Source: Candidatus Baldrarchaeum yapensis
GTDB lineage: Archaea > Asgardarchaeota > Baldrarchaeia > Baldrarchaeales > Baldrarchaeaceae
NCBI GenBank assembly: GCA_016840465.1
Contig: JAEOSH010000007.1
Location: 30,001 to 62,000 of the forward strand
DNA length: 32,000 bases
Reading direction: 5' to 3'
The notes beneath the pieces were generated by a model, which worked only from the letters and a program-made list of their open reading frames with translations, had not been told where the DNA came from and searched no databases. Made by a program: the position numbers and the translations under genes. This document shows positions 1-9,374 of this stretch, piece by piece (within the stretch, counting starts at the first letter, position 1; each line of letters starts with the position of its first letter).

Positions 1-2
1 AT

Positions 3-686
3 TACGATCTGAAAGCGTCACAAGCAATACTAAAGCTGTATTCCCATGGCATCGATGTGTATCACATACAAAGGCTACTAAGTACCGGATTACTCGGTAT
101 AAAGAAGCAAAGGCGCATCGTTCCCACTAGATGGTCGATAACAGCAGTTGACAAAATCATCGGTGACTTCTTACTGAAGGAAGTAAAGTGCATGCCGCTC
201 ATAAATGAAATTTTACTTTTCCATCATGAGTATCTCGGGAATCATTACGAAATCCTACTTATACCCCGTCCATACAGCTTCGAAATGATAGAGATATGGA
301 TGCCGCGGAGTGTGTGGGTCAGCGGAAAGAATCCTTCTGTTTTTGTAAACTGGGAGCTACATGATGGAAGAGCACAGGAGATGGATGGCGGATACTATGC
401 GGTTAGGTTACCGGTACTTGAGTATTTAAGGCGCATAAAAAGGCAGGCATGTGTGATAGCGGTAAGAGAAATAAGACCGGAATATTATGCTCCTGTCGGC
501 AACTGGCAAATAAGAGAAAACGTGAGAGCGGCGCTTTCGAGAAATCCTGAGGTGTTTGATGACGTACGCGAGGCCATTGCGAGAATGTCATCACGTTTGA
601 AAACATCACTCCACCTGTGGCTTCCAAAGTCGTATTTACTCAAATTGTTGGAGAAGCAAACAATATTGGACTCATTTCTCCGATGA
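3..686 (+). CDS. nreA: Nre-family DNA repair protein, C-terminal part (5'-truncated at window edge)
   Basis: Frame is open from position 3. It carries the Nre motif RRIVPTRWSITAVD, GGYYAVRLPVLEYL and a C-terminal PCNA-interacting PIP box QTILDSFL. Confidence 0.88.
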   Translation, partial: YDLKASQAILKLYSHGIDVYHIQRLLSTGLLGIKKQRRIVPTRWSITAVDKIIGDFLLKEVKCMPLINEILLFHHEYLGNHYEILLIPRPYSFEMIEIWMPRSVWVSGKNPSVFVNWELHDGRAQEMDGGYYAVRLPVLEYLRRIKRQACVIAVREIRPEYYAPVGNWQIRENVRAALSRNPEVFDDVREAIARMSSRLKTSLHLWLPKSYLLKLLEKQTILDSFLR

Positions 687-697
687 GCACAATTTCT

Positions 698-1630
698 CTA
701 TTGGATCTTCAGAACAACATTATCTCCGACCGATAGACCTATATGCTCCGCTATCGGCGGGCACTTGACCCTCAATATCAAGAATACCGGTTTCTCGAGG
801 CGCCCTATGAAGTGCGTGAACGTCTCGTAATTTGATTGTCCTTTTGCAATTACGAAATCGCAACTCCTATAAACTTCGATGAACTTCCTAGACATTCTCC
901 TAAAATCGACTCCCAAGATGTTATTTCCGGTGCTTATGATCTCGGCATACTTGTCGATACCCACGTATCTCGCATCCTCTACCGTGGCGTCATTGGAAAT
1001 CGGCGCGTCCTTTGCAGCATAATAAACTTTCAATCCCATCTCTACCAAGAATCTGACAAGTATTCTGTCAAATGCCGTCTCTCCCGCGTTATCTCCAATG
1101 TATAACACGATCCTGCTCTCCTTAATTTTCTTTAACAGCAATGACAGGTCGTTTACTGCAAAGCCACGCTCAAGAATCTCTTTGTATATTCCAGTTAACT
1201 GATTGAGATCAAATTTGTGCAGAGCACTTCCATAATCTATGACGTTCCCCGTAATTGCGGCAGCAACCGCTTTGTATAACCGTTTATAGACATCCTTCTC
1301 CGAGAACACATCCTCTTCTACCTTCGCCGCAACCGCCATCCCCATCCTATTGCTCTCTTCCTTTAACACTTTATAGGGATCCGGGTTTCCCGTCACGTCT
1401 GCAATCTCCCAGTAGAGTTCTGTCGCAATCCACGCCGGTCTATCCATAACCATCTCATCAAACCTATCATGCAATATCGCCAGCACCCTTTTTATCGCTT
1501 TGAACTTCTTTTCCTCATCTGGCGTTGAGAGATCTATCGTTTTTATCGCAACATCCAGAAGACAGAGAAAACACACGGGTTTTGTGATGCTTCTCCTTAA
1601 CTCCTCTGGTGAGACCTTCCTTTCGCCCAT
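698..1630 (-). CDS. DUF89/ARMT1-like damage-control metal-dependent phosphatase
   Basis: N-terminal CFLC, GNVIDYG, GDNAGETAFD, NDAT and KGQSNYET motifs. Start moved to ATG 1630 (MGERK), downstream of a GGTGA SD; the track start of 1717 overlaps the upstream gene. Confidence 0.85.
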   Translation of the reverse strand: MGERKVSPEELRRSITKPVCFLCLLDVAIKTIDLSTPDEEKKFKAIKRVLAILHDRFDEMVMDRPAWIATELYWEIADVTGNPDPYKVLKEESNRMGMAVAAKVEEDVFSEKDVYKRLYKAVAAAITGNVIDYGSALHKFDLNQLTGIYKEILERGFAVNDLSLLLKKIKESRIVLYIGDNAGETAFDRILVRFLVEMGLKVYYAAKDAPISNDATVEDARYVGIDKYAEIISTGNNILGVDFRRMSRKFIEVYRSCDFVIAKGQSNYETFTHFIGRLEKPVFLILRVKCPPIAEHIGLSVGDNVVLKIQ

Positions 1631-1653
1631 CAGCATCACCACAATATGGGGAT

Positions 1654-2550
1654 TTATTTGTCTGTTTGTAAAATCCTCGCAAGCATCTCGATTATGAATA
1701 TCGAGCATAGCGAACACGTTATGCCGTTACTGTCATAGGTTGGCGTCACTTCTACCAAGTCAAATCCCACAACATCTCCCCTAATACCGCGAATCAGAGT
1801 TATAAGTTCGGTGGGAGAAAGACCAGCTGGCTCGGGGTTCGATACCCCAGGAGCCCATGCGGGATCTATGACGTCGACATCTAAACTGACATACACGACG
1901 TCAGTATCCTCGAAAATTTCCGTGATTTTCCTTATAATCATCCTAATATCCTTTTTTACAACATCAGAACTAATTACGTTGAGCCCCAATTTTCTAGCGT
2001 CCCGATACTCATTAGGTACCGTAGAATACCCCCTGAACCCGATAACCGCAATATTTCTGGGATTTACGTTACATTTCTCAATAATGTTTCTGAGTACAGT
2101 CGCATATGATAGTCGGAACCCCCGCGGATACTCCTTCATGAAATCCAAATGTGCATCAAGCCAAAGTATCCCGAGTGATCCGACATTTTTAGAAATACCT
2201 CTAATTATCGGGAAAGAGATGCTGTGGTCCCCGCCCATTGCCACAAACGGCACTCCCTCGGAGGAGATTCTCATGAAAGCATCCTCTATGAGCGAAAGAC
2301 ATCTGTTAATGCTAAAGAAAAATGCAAACTTCAAATTTCCCGCATCTCCAATACTTCCCTCGCAAACGTCGATATCAAGATCCGGGATCCACCCGCTATA
2401 AATCAAAGATGCACGTCTTATAGCATCTGGTGCCTTTTTTGACCCCTTACGGGAAAAGCACAGCCTATCGAACGGTACTCCAATAATAATCGCTTGTAAC
2501 CCTCTTATTTCGTCCAACCTGACACGTGGAAAGTTTAGGAAGGTTACCAT
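1654..2550 (-). CDS. speB: Ureohydrolase (agmatinase/arginase family)
   Basis: GVPFD, GGDHS, DAHLD, DVDVIDPAWAPGV and DLVEV metal-binding motifs. The start ATG overlaps the upstream stop (TAATG at 2548-2552). Substrate is uncertain. Confidence 0.8.
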   Translation of the reverse strand: MVTFLNFPRVRLDEIRGLQAIIIGVPFDRLCFSRKGSKKAPDAIRRASLIYSGWIPDLDIDVCEGSIGDAGNLKFAFFFSINRCLSLIEDAFMRISSEGVPFVAMGGDHSISFPIIRGISKNVGSLGILWLDAHLDFMKEYPRGFRLSYATVLRNIIEKCNVNPRNIAVIGFRGYSTVPNEYRDARKLGLNVISSDVVKKDIRMIIRKITEIFEDTDVVYVSLDVDVIDPAWAPGVSNPEPAGLSPTELITLIRGIRGDVVGFDLVEVTPTYDSNGITCSLCSIFIIEMLARILQTDK

Positions 2551-3827
2551 TACGGACACACGTGGAACTTGTCTCCAGGCGCAGGACAGTATGCCTCGAT
2601 GCCATAAATCTCCCTTAACTCGTTAGCCAACCCAATGGTCGACTCCTCATCACCATGAACCGTGAAAACAGTTGCACCATTGCATACTTTAGTTAACATG
2701 GAAAGTAGTTCGGTCCGGCCCGAGTGAGATGACAATTCAAAGTATCTTATTTCCGCCTTTACCTCCTTTTCCTTTCCACCAATTCTTATCTTCTTCGTCT
2801 CCAGGATTTCCCTGCCTGGCGTCCCCTTAACCTGATATGAAACGTAGAATAGCGCACTAGTCGGGTCGTTGTATATGTACTTTAAGTACCAGTCAGCAGA
2901 TCCTCCAACCAACATGCCTGCCGGTGAAACTATGACGCTGGGGCTTGAAATTACCTTATACCGCTCGTTTGCATCCTGTATCCATTTCACGCTTTTAAGG
3001 GCCTCGACCAGAAGATTGTAATCCTTCACAGCCTCCGGATGTTGTAGTAGTATTCTACTCGCGTGTCTTGCCATCCCGTCAAGAACAACTCTTCCATCGA
3101 ACCCGTATTTTCTGAAAATACACAGAACCTCCTGTGACCTGCCAACCGAAAATGCGGGTATCAGCACCACGCCGCCTCTTTCCAAAACTTCTTTAGTGGC
3201 CTCTATAAGCTTTCTCTCCTCCCTCTTCCGTGGCGGATGATCTCTAAGCGCGTATGTGCTCTCAGTTATTATTACATCGACGTGTCCGATCTCCGTATCC
3301 GCAGGCCTTAGCAGTTGGGTCTCCCTGGTGTTTATATCCCCGGTGTACCAGATTCTCACCCCATCAATATCGAGTAATATCGATGCGCTACCCGGTATGT
3401 GCCCGGCGTCGAGCAATTTTACTCTTATCCTATCATTAATGTTGTACCACGTGTTCGGATTCAGGAGAATGGCATTGTTGCGCATCAGCTTGACTTCTCT
3501 CTTACTGAACGGCAGCGGTTCTCTTGCGACATTGAACATGTCATAGATTAGGAGTTCCGTAAGGTCGAGGGTTGCAGGGGTCATTATCACGGGTACTTCT
3601 GAAAAGTTAAACAGCAGTGGTATTGCCCCACTATGGTCAATGTGGGCGTGAGTTAGTATTACTGCATCCAGATGCACGACGTCGCATGGTAGTGGCCATT
3701 CTATCTTTTTAGAGGGTGTGGCACCATAATCCAGCAAAATTCTTCCTTCTTCACACTCGACAAGTATTGCAGAGCATCCTACTTTTCTCGCGCCACCAAG
3801 AAACCTTAACGTGACCTCTTTCTTCAT
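2550..3827 (-). CDS. Beta-CASP metallo-beta-lactamase ribonuclease (aCPSF-like, no KH domains)
   Basis: LTHAHIDH, AGHIPGS, YTGD, ESTY, SSH and VHGD motifs. Starts at MKKEVTLRFLGGARKVG (ATG 3827). Confidence 0.88.
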   Translation of the reverse strand: MKKEVTLRFLGGARKVGCSAILVECEEGRILLDYGATPSKKIEWPLPCDVVHLDAVILTHAHIDHSGAIPLLFNFSEVPVIMTPATLDLTELLIYDMFNVAREPLPFSKREVKLMRNNAILLNPNTWYNINDRIRVKLLDAGHIPGSASILLDIDGVRIWYTGDINTRETQLLRPADTEIGHVDVIITESTYALRDHPPRKREERKLIEATKEVLERGGVVLIPAFSVGRSQEVLCIFRKYGFDGRVVLDGMARHASRILLQHPEAVKDYNLLVEALKSVKWIQDANERYKVISSPSVIVSPAGMLVGGSADWYLKYIYNDPTSALFYVSYQVKGTPGREILETKKIRIGGKEKEVKAEIRYFELSSHSGRTELLSMLTKVCNGATVFTVHGDEESTIGLANELREIYGIEAYCPAPGDKFHVCP

Positions 3828-3961
3828 TTTTCTCTCCACTATGGGTTTTCGCTCTTTGTTGAAAGGAGAGACTATGAATTTAAAGCTTATGATAGCAAGA
3901 ACACCGGACGGCAAAATAATCAGATCAGCGTGCTCGGAATGGACTAGGGTGTGAGAAAAAG

Positions 3962-6900
3962 TTACCAGAATATAGAGGGAAGGTATTCCCAGTATTCATC
4001 GAGTGCCAGCACCTGCATTTTTCCAAAACCTCCAAGTTCCCTGTACTCCCTGATAGCTCTCACTATCGCCGCCGCGAGTTCGAGATTCGTAACGACTGGA
4101 ATGTTGAACTCAACGGCCTTTCTCCTTATGAGATACTCATCCTCCAGCATTGCGGAGTACTTTTCCAGCGTTATACTGGAGGGTATATTTATTACTAGAG
4201 AGATCTTCCGATCTACAATGTAATCCCATATATTGGGCTTCCGTTCCGGCTCACTTATCTTGTATAGCACGTGTGCGTTTATCCCATGCTCCCTTAATGC
4301 CTCAGCGGTATGCTCTGTTGCGTAGATCTTAAATCCTAAACTCTCCAACTCCTTCGCTATCGGGATTATCGCCTTCTTAAGTTCCGGTCCACCGACCGAT
4401 ATTAATACCGACCCGCCGTCTACCGGAACCTTAAAACCAGCCGCAAACAGCGCCTTTATCAGCGCCTCGGAAAAGTGGAACCCGAAGCAAGCGACTTCCC
4501 CGGTGCTCACCATTTCAACTCCCACTACGGGGTCCGCGCCATCCAGTCTCATGAATGAGAACTGCGGCACCTTCACGCCCACATAAGGTAGGTTCTCAAA
4601 GTTATTCGGAATATTGAGTTCTCTGAGTTTCTTGCCAAGAATGACTGCGGTGGCAACCTCCATCAGGTTAACTCCTATTGTTTTACTTACGAACGGCATG
4701 CTCCTAGACGCCCTCAGATTGCATTCTATTACGTACACGGTGCCGTTCTTGACCAAGTACTGTATGTTGAAGGGTCCTCGAATGCGTAAGGCTCTTGCAA
4801 TCTTCCACGTGTACTCCCTTATCTTGTCGAGTATCTCGGATGAAATCGTCTGCGGCGGAATACTCATAGTTGCATCTCCGCTATGCACACCGGCATTTTC
4901 CACATGCTCTATTATCGCACCTATGAACACATCCTCCCCATCAGATACCGCGTCGACCTCGACCTCGCGTGCACCCATTATGAACTTGCTAATAACAACC
5001 GGATGCTCCTCCGAAACCTTTGCGGCCTCCATAAGATACTTCCTTAATTGCGTCGGCGTATAAGCGACGTTCATCGCGGATCCGGATAATACGTAACTGG
5101 GCCGCACGAGCACCGGATACCCTATCTTCCTAGCGAACTCCTCCGCATCCTCTATACTTGTGAACTCACTCCATGGAGGTTGTGGAATTCCCAACTCATC
5201 TAGCAGTTTGCTGAACTTTGCCCTATCCTCGGCCCTATCTATGCTCTCCGCCGATGTGCCTAAGATGTTAACACCAGCCCTCGCTAACTTTAACGCTAAG
5301 TTGTTCGGAATCTGTCCTCCCACCGATAAGATTACGCCGAGAGGCCCCTCCTTCTCCACGATGTCAAGCACCCTTTCAACGGTCAGTTCCTCGAAATAAA
5401 GTTTGTCGGTGATGTCATAGTCGGTTGAAACAGTTTCGGGGTTGTAATTTATTATGATGACCTCGTCTATGCCGTTCCTCTTGAGCGCCCACACCGTGTT
5501 AACCGAACACCAGTCGAATTCAACAGATGACCCTATTCGGTAAGTTCCGGAACCGAGCACTATGACCTTTTTCTTTTCGTTCGAAAAGGATATGTCGTCC
5601 TCCTCTCCACCATACGTTACATATAAATAATTTGTCTTTGCGGGCCACTCTGCGGCGAGAGTGTCTATCTGCTTAACAACGGGAACTACACCGAGCTCCT
5701 TTCTTAACCTCCTAACCTCCTCCTCTTTCATTCCCCAGCATCGTGCAATCTGCGCATCACTGAATCCCAGGCGTTTAGCCTCCTTTAACAACCTTTTGAG
5801 GAACTTTTTATCTTTAAATTTCTCCCTAGGAATTGCCCTGAGCCTTCTCTCCATGTCAACTATATTCTTTATCCTGTAAAGGAACCACTTGTCTATGCCA
5901 GTCAATTTGTAAATTTCGTCAATCGAGAGCCCCATTTTGATTGCCTTAACTATCTTAAAGAGACGCTCGTCCGTCGGGTTCTTTAAAACATCAATTACCT
6001 TCTCAAGTGGCTCGGGCTCGTCATCATCGGGGTTGCATACGAGGCCTACCTTTCCTATGTCCAGCATTCTGACAGCTTTCTGAATAGCCTCTTCGAAACA
6101 CCTGCCTATCGCCATTACCTCTCCTACGCTCTTCATCTGGGTCCCTATCCGCCTGCTAACTCTACGGAACTTTCTGAAGTCCCATCTCGGTATCTTCACA
6201 ACAACGTAATCAAGGGCAGGCTCAAAGCACGCCGTGGTGATTCCCGTCACTTTGTTCAACAGTTCCGGAAGCGTGTACCCTATCGCGAGTTTTGCAGCAA
6301 TATATGCGAGGGGATATCCCGTCGCTTTCGAGGCAAGGGCTGAACTTCGTGAGAGGCGCGGATTAAGTTCTATTGCTCGATAATCCTCCGAACTTGGACT
6401 GAGAGCAAACTGTATGTTGCATTCGCCGACTATTTTTAATTCACGAACAATCCTTATACTTGCCGCGCGTAAGAGATGATATTCCGTATTTGTGAGAGTC
6501 TGCGAGGGTGCTATGACTATACTTTCCCCGGTATGTATTCCCATGGGATCAAAATTCTCCATATTGCATACGGTTATGCAGTTGTCCTCATAATCCCTAA
6601 CAACCTCGTACTCTATCTCCTTCCACCTGTCTAAATACTCCTCCACTAGTATCTGTCCGATCATGCTTTGGGCAAGTCCTCTTCTGGCTATCTCTATGAG
6701 TTCCTCCCTATTGCGGGCAACACCCGATCCCTTACCACCGAGAGCATAGGCCACACGAACTATAACAGGATACCCTATCTCTTCCGCAATCTCAACGGCT
6801 TCCTCGACGGAAAATGCCGATCTGCTTTTCGGTATCGGAACATTGGCTCTCATCATCGCCTGCCTGAAAAGTTCCCTGTCTTCCGCTATTTTTATTGATT

Positions 6901-7261
6901 CTATCGAGGTTCCCAGAACCTCAACACCGTACTTCTCAAAGACTCCCCTCTCTGCGAGTTCTACTCCACAGTTAAGGGCCGTCTGTCCTCCAAACCCGAG
7001 TAGTATTCCATCGGGTCTTTCTTTCTTTATGACCTCTTCCACGAACTCCGGACTCACGGGCAAAAGATAAACCTTATCGGCGAGCCTAGGATCCGTCTGG
7101 ATCGTTGCAACGTTCGGGTTCACGAGTATGGTCTTTATACCCTCCTCCTTAAGGGCCTTCAACGCTTGGCTTCCCGAGTAGTCGAACTCCCCTGCCTCTC
7201 CAATTTTTATTGCGCCGCTTCCCAGTATTATTACCTTCTTTATCCACTCAAACCTAGGCAT
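3962..7261 (-). CDS. carB: Carbamoyl-phosphate synthase large subunit
   Basis: 1099 aa. GSGAIKIGEAGEFDYSG, duplicated ATP-grasp halves, NPRLSRSSALASKATG and a C-terminal MGS domain. Confidence 0.98.
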   Translation of the reverse strand: MPRFEWIKKVIILGSGAIKIGEAGEFDYSGSQALKALKEEGIKTILVNPNVATIQTDPRLADKVYLLPVSPEFVEEVIKKERPDGILLGFGGQTALNCGVELAERGVFEKYGVEVLGTSIESIKIAEDRELFRQAMMRANVPIPKSRSAFSVEEAVEIAEEIGYPVIVRVAYALGGKGSGVARNREELIEIARRGLAQSMIGQILVEEYLDRWKEIEYEVVRDYEDNCITVCNMENFDPMGIHTGESIVIAPSQTLTNTEYHLLRAASIRIVRELKIVGECNIQFALSPSSEDYRAIELNPRLSRSSALASKATGYPLAYIAAKLAIGYTLPELLNKVTGITTACFEPALDYVVVKIPRWDFRKFRRVSRRIGTQMKSVGEVMAIGRCFEEAIQKAVRMLDIGKVGLVCNPDDDEPEPLEKVIDVLKNPTDERLFKIVKAIKMGLSIDEIYKLTGIDKWFLYRIKNIVDMERRLRAIPREKFKDKKFLKRLLKEAKRLGFSDAQIARCWGMKEEEVRRLRKELGVVPVVKQIDTLAAEWPAKTNYLYVTYGGEEDDISFSNEKKKVIVLGSGTYRIGSSVEFDWCSVNTVWALKRNGIDEVIIINYNPETVSTDYDITDKLYFEELTVERVLDIVEKEGPLGVILSVGGQIPNNLALKLARAGVNILGTSAESIDRAEDRAKFSKLLDELGIPQPPWSEFTSIEDAEEFARKIGYPVLVRPSYVLSGSAMNVAYTPTQLRKYLMEAAKVSEEHPVVISKFIMGAREVEVDAVSDGEDVFIGAIIEHVENAGVHSGDATMSIPPQTISSEILDKIREYTWKIARALRIRGPFNIQYLVKNGTVYVIECNLRASRSMPFVSKTIGVNLMEVATAVILGKKLRELNIPNNFENLPYVGVKVPQFSFMRLDGADPVVGVEMVSTGEVACFGFHFSEALIKALFAAGFKVPVDGGSVLISVGGPELKKAIIPIAKELESLGFKIYATEHTAEALREHGINAHVLYKISEPERKPNIWDYIVDRKISLVINIPSSITLEKYSAMLEDEYLIRRKAVEFNIPVVTNLELAAAIVRAIREYRELGGFGKMQVLALDEYWEYLPSIFW

Positions 7262-8501
7262 GTCTCCTCACCATTCTCAAGAACTCGTCGAAGAGGTGGC
7301 TCGTATCAACCGGACCCGGCGACGCCTCAGGATGAAACTGTACTGAGAATGCAGGCATCTTCTTATGCCGAATGCCCTCAATCGTCTTGTCGTTCACGTT
7401 TATAAACCACAACTCTAGATCTGTGCCCTTAAGGGAGTCCATGCTGACGGCGTAGCCGTGATTCTGTGAGGTGATAAAGCATCTTCCGCTTTGAATTTCC
7501 ATACATGGCTGATTTTGGGATCTATGGCCATATTTGAGTTTATAGGTATCAGCACCCATCGATAAGGCGAGTATCTGGTTTCCCAAACATATTCCGAAGA
7601 AAGGAATTCCCCCCTCTACGATCTCTCTCACAGCGTCTACCGTCTCCCTCACCATCTTCGGATCTCCCGGACCATTGCTTGCAAGTACACCGTCAGGCTT
7701 GAACTCCAATATTTCATCGGCGGGCATGTCGTATGGGGTTCTTATAACCTCCGCTCCCCGTGCAAGAAGACTTCTAATAATATTTAGTTTAACACCGCAA
7801 TCTATCACCACTATCCGATACTTTGGCCTCGGAACGGTGTGAATCACGGGTTCCTTGGGACTCACATATTTTACCAGATTCTCAGTGTTCGGATCCTCCA
7901 TTTTTCTCAGTTTCTCAAACAATTTCTCGAAAGGAATGTCATCATCCGAGTCGAAAAATGCAATCATCCCCTTCATTACGCCGTATTCCCGAAGCCTCCT
8001 CACAAGCGCCCTCGTATCTATACCTTCTATCCCTGGTATCCCCTCTTCCAGTAGCCAGTCGTGTAGTGACCGACTCGATGACCAATGACTTGGTTGCTTG
8101 CATAATTCGTTAACTACTAAGCCGCGTACCTTTATTCCCATGGACTCAAAATACCGCGGAAGTCCGTACTCATCCTTCACGGAATATGACGGAACTCCAT
8201 AATTTCCAATGTGAGGATATGTTAAGACGAGTATCTGCCCGTAATATGAAGGATCCGTTAATGTTTCGGGATACCCTACCATTCCAGTATTAAAGACGAC
8301 CTCTCCATATGTGTCGGTGGGGGAGCCGAAGGCCTTGCCTATAAAAAAGCTTCCGTTCTCTAATAGTAGTACGGCGACCTTCTCCGTATCATCCTCGTAA
8401 TAGCCCAGAGGAATGTCACCAGCCGTCAGGGCGAAACCCTCAGAGACATAGGAAGGTACTTTTTTAAGGTTTTTGGTATCTTTCGGATCATAATGGCACA
8501 A
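7254..8501 (-). CDS. carA: Carbamoyl-phosphate synthase small (glutaminase) subunit; true start uncertain
   Basis: GEVVFNTGMVGYPETLTDPSY, SNGPGDP, GICLG (catalytic Cys) and VQFHPEASPGP. Overlaps the carB start by 8 nt. Confidence 0.96.
   Translation of the reverse strand: MCHYDPKDTKNLKKVPSYVSEGFALTAGDIPLGYYEDDTEKVAVLLLENGSFFIGKAFGSPTDTYGEVVFNTGMVGYPETLTDPSYYGQILVLTYPHIGNYGVPSYSVKDEYGLPRYFESMGIKVRGLVVNELCKQPSHWSSSRSLHDWLLEEGIPGIEGIDTRALVRRLREYGVMKGMIAFFDSDDDIPFEKLFEKLRKMEDPNTENLVKYVSPKEPVIHTVPRPKYRIVVIDCGVKLNIIRSLLARGAEVIRTPYDMPADEILEFKPDGVLASNGPGDPKMVRETVDAVREIVEGGIPFFGICLGNQILALSMGADTYKLKYGHRSQNQPCMEIQSGRCFITSQNHGYAVSMDSLKGTDLELWFINVNDKTIEGIRHKKMPAFSVQFHPEASPGPVDTSHLFDEFLRMVRRHA
8460..8475 (-). 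promoter_or_regulatory. Putative BRE/TATA element for carAB
   Basis: The minus strand reads AAAAACCTTAAAAAA (purine-rich BRE-like stretch followed by TTAAAAA), about 90 nt upstream of the conserved CarA N-terminus. Confidence 0.45.
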
Positions 8502-8951
8502 CTAAGTTACATATGTATCATTGGAGGGAATGAAGACGGTATTTGTGACCGAGGCAAGCAATTTAGCACGTACCATGTATAACATAGAGGCAATGTTCAC
8601 GTTCCTCTTAAACTCGATAACTTACCTAAAATCGGAATCGAATATTCACAGTATCCATTTTCTTGATACAGATTGTTATTCTGCAAATGAGAGCGTATCC
8701 GCGTATCATATGGCGATGGACTTTAAATCGGGAAAAACATTCCTATTGGAGTTTATTATCGTGAGAACATATGCCCCGCTTTGGTTAGAGGCACGACTCT
8801 TTAAACGATCTTTTGGGGAAATAGTCACGGTAGTATGCGGAGCGTTTTATAGAAAATTCCAAGCAATATCGTTACCATTCGTGTGTATGAATCCCCATTT
8901 GGAATCCTTTAAGCGAAATTTATTTTTTGGTGATTTCCTTAATATAATCTG

Positions 8952-9374
8952 GTGTTGAAATTGCTCGATGAACTGGACAAGCGGATTATCGAAATATTAA
9001 AAGAGGATGCTAGGACGCCTTTCACCACCATAGCTAGCAAGTTAGGTATCTCTGAAGCAGCGGTAAGGAAGAGAGTCCGAAGGCTTGTCGACTCCGGTGT
9101 CATAAAGAAATTCACTATAGAAACGTCTATGGAGGGTGGCGCGCAGGCTATTGTAATGTTATCCGTCAATACAAAAATTCCGTGCCCCGAAATATCGAGG
9201 GAAGTGAGAAAAATAGAAGGAGTACGTGCAGTTTATGAGGTATCAGGCGAATACGATATTGTGGTGTTTCTGAACGGTCCGGATAATGATGCGCTCAACC
9301 GTATGATCGATGAGATAAGAAAAATAAATGGCGTTCTTAAGACGACAACAATGGTAATATTGAAGGCGTGGTGA
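8952..9374 (+). CDS. lysM: Lrp/AsnC-family transcriptional regulator, LysM-like
   Basis: N-terminal HTH (LDELDKRIIEILKEDARTPF...SEAAVRKRV). The RAM domain with PCPEIS, YEVSGEYD, NRMIDEIR and ILKAW closely resembles crenarchaeal LysM as I recall it. Confidence 0.8.
   Translation: MLKLLDELDKRIIEILKEDARTPFTTIASKLGISEAAVRKRVRRLVDSGVIKKFTIETSMEGGAQAIVMLSVNTKIPCPEISREVRKIEGVRAVYEVSGEYDIVVFLNGPDNDALNRMIDEIRKINGVLKTTTMVILKAW

Noticed and set aside
1830-1850. GGGGTTCGATACCCC, resembling a tRNA T-arm
   Set aside because: Lies inside the ureohydrolase CDS (GVSNPEP); no acceptor, D or anticodon arms around it.
2522-2567. Direct repeat acacgtggaa on both sides of the RNase/ureohydrolase junction
   Set aside because: Only 10 bp, fully coding in both copies, with no element between them; likely chance.
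8426-8449. Second short upstream ORF MSLRVSP* before carA
   Set aside because: Its ATG lies too close to the putative TATA box, probably upstream of the transcription start.
8521-8958. 145-aa ORF in the carA-lysM spacer, with a GGAGG before an internal ATG and a stop overlapping the lysM start
   Set aside because: Composition (F/S/H-rich, few charged residues) is unlike the real genes here, it has no motif, and it would run through the likely lysM promoter. Cannot be fully excluded.
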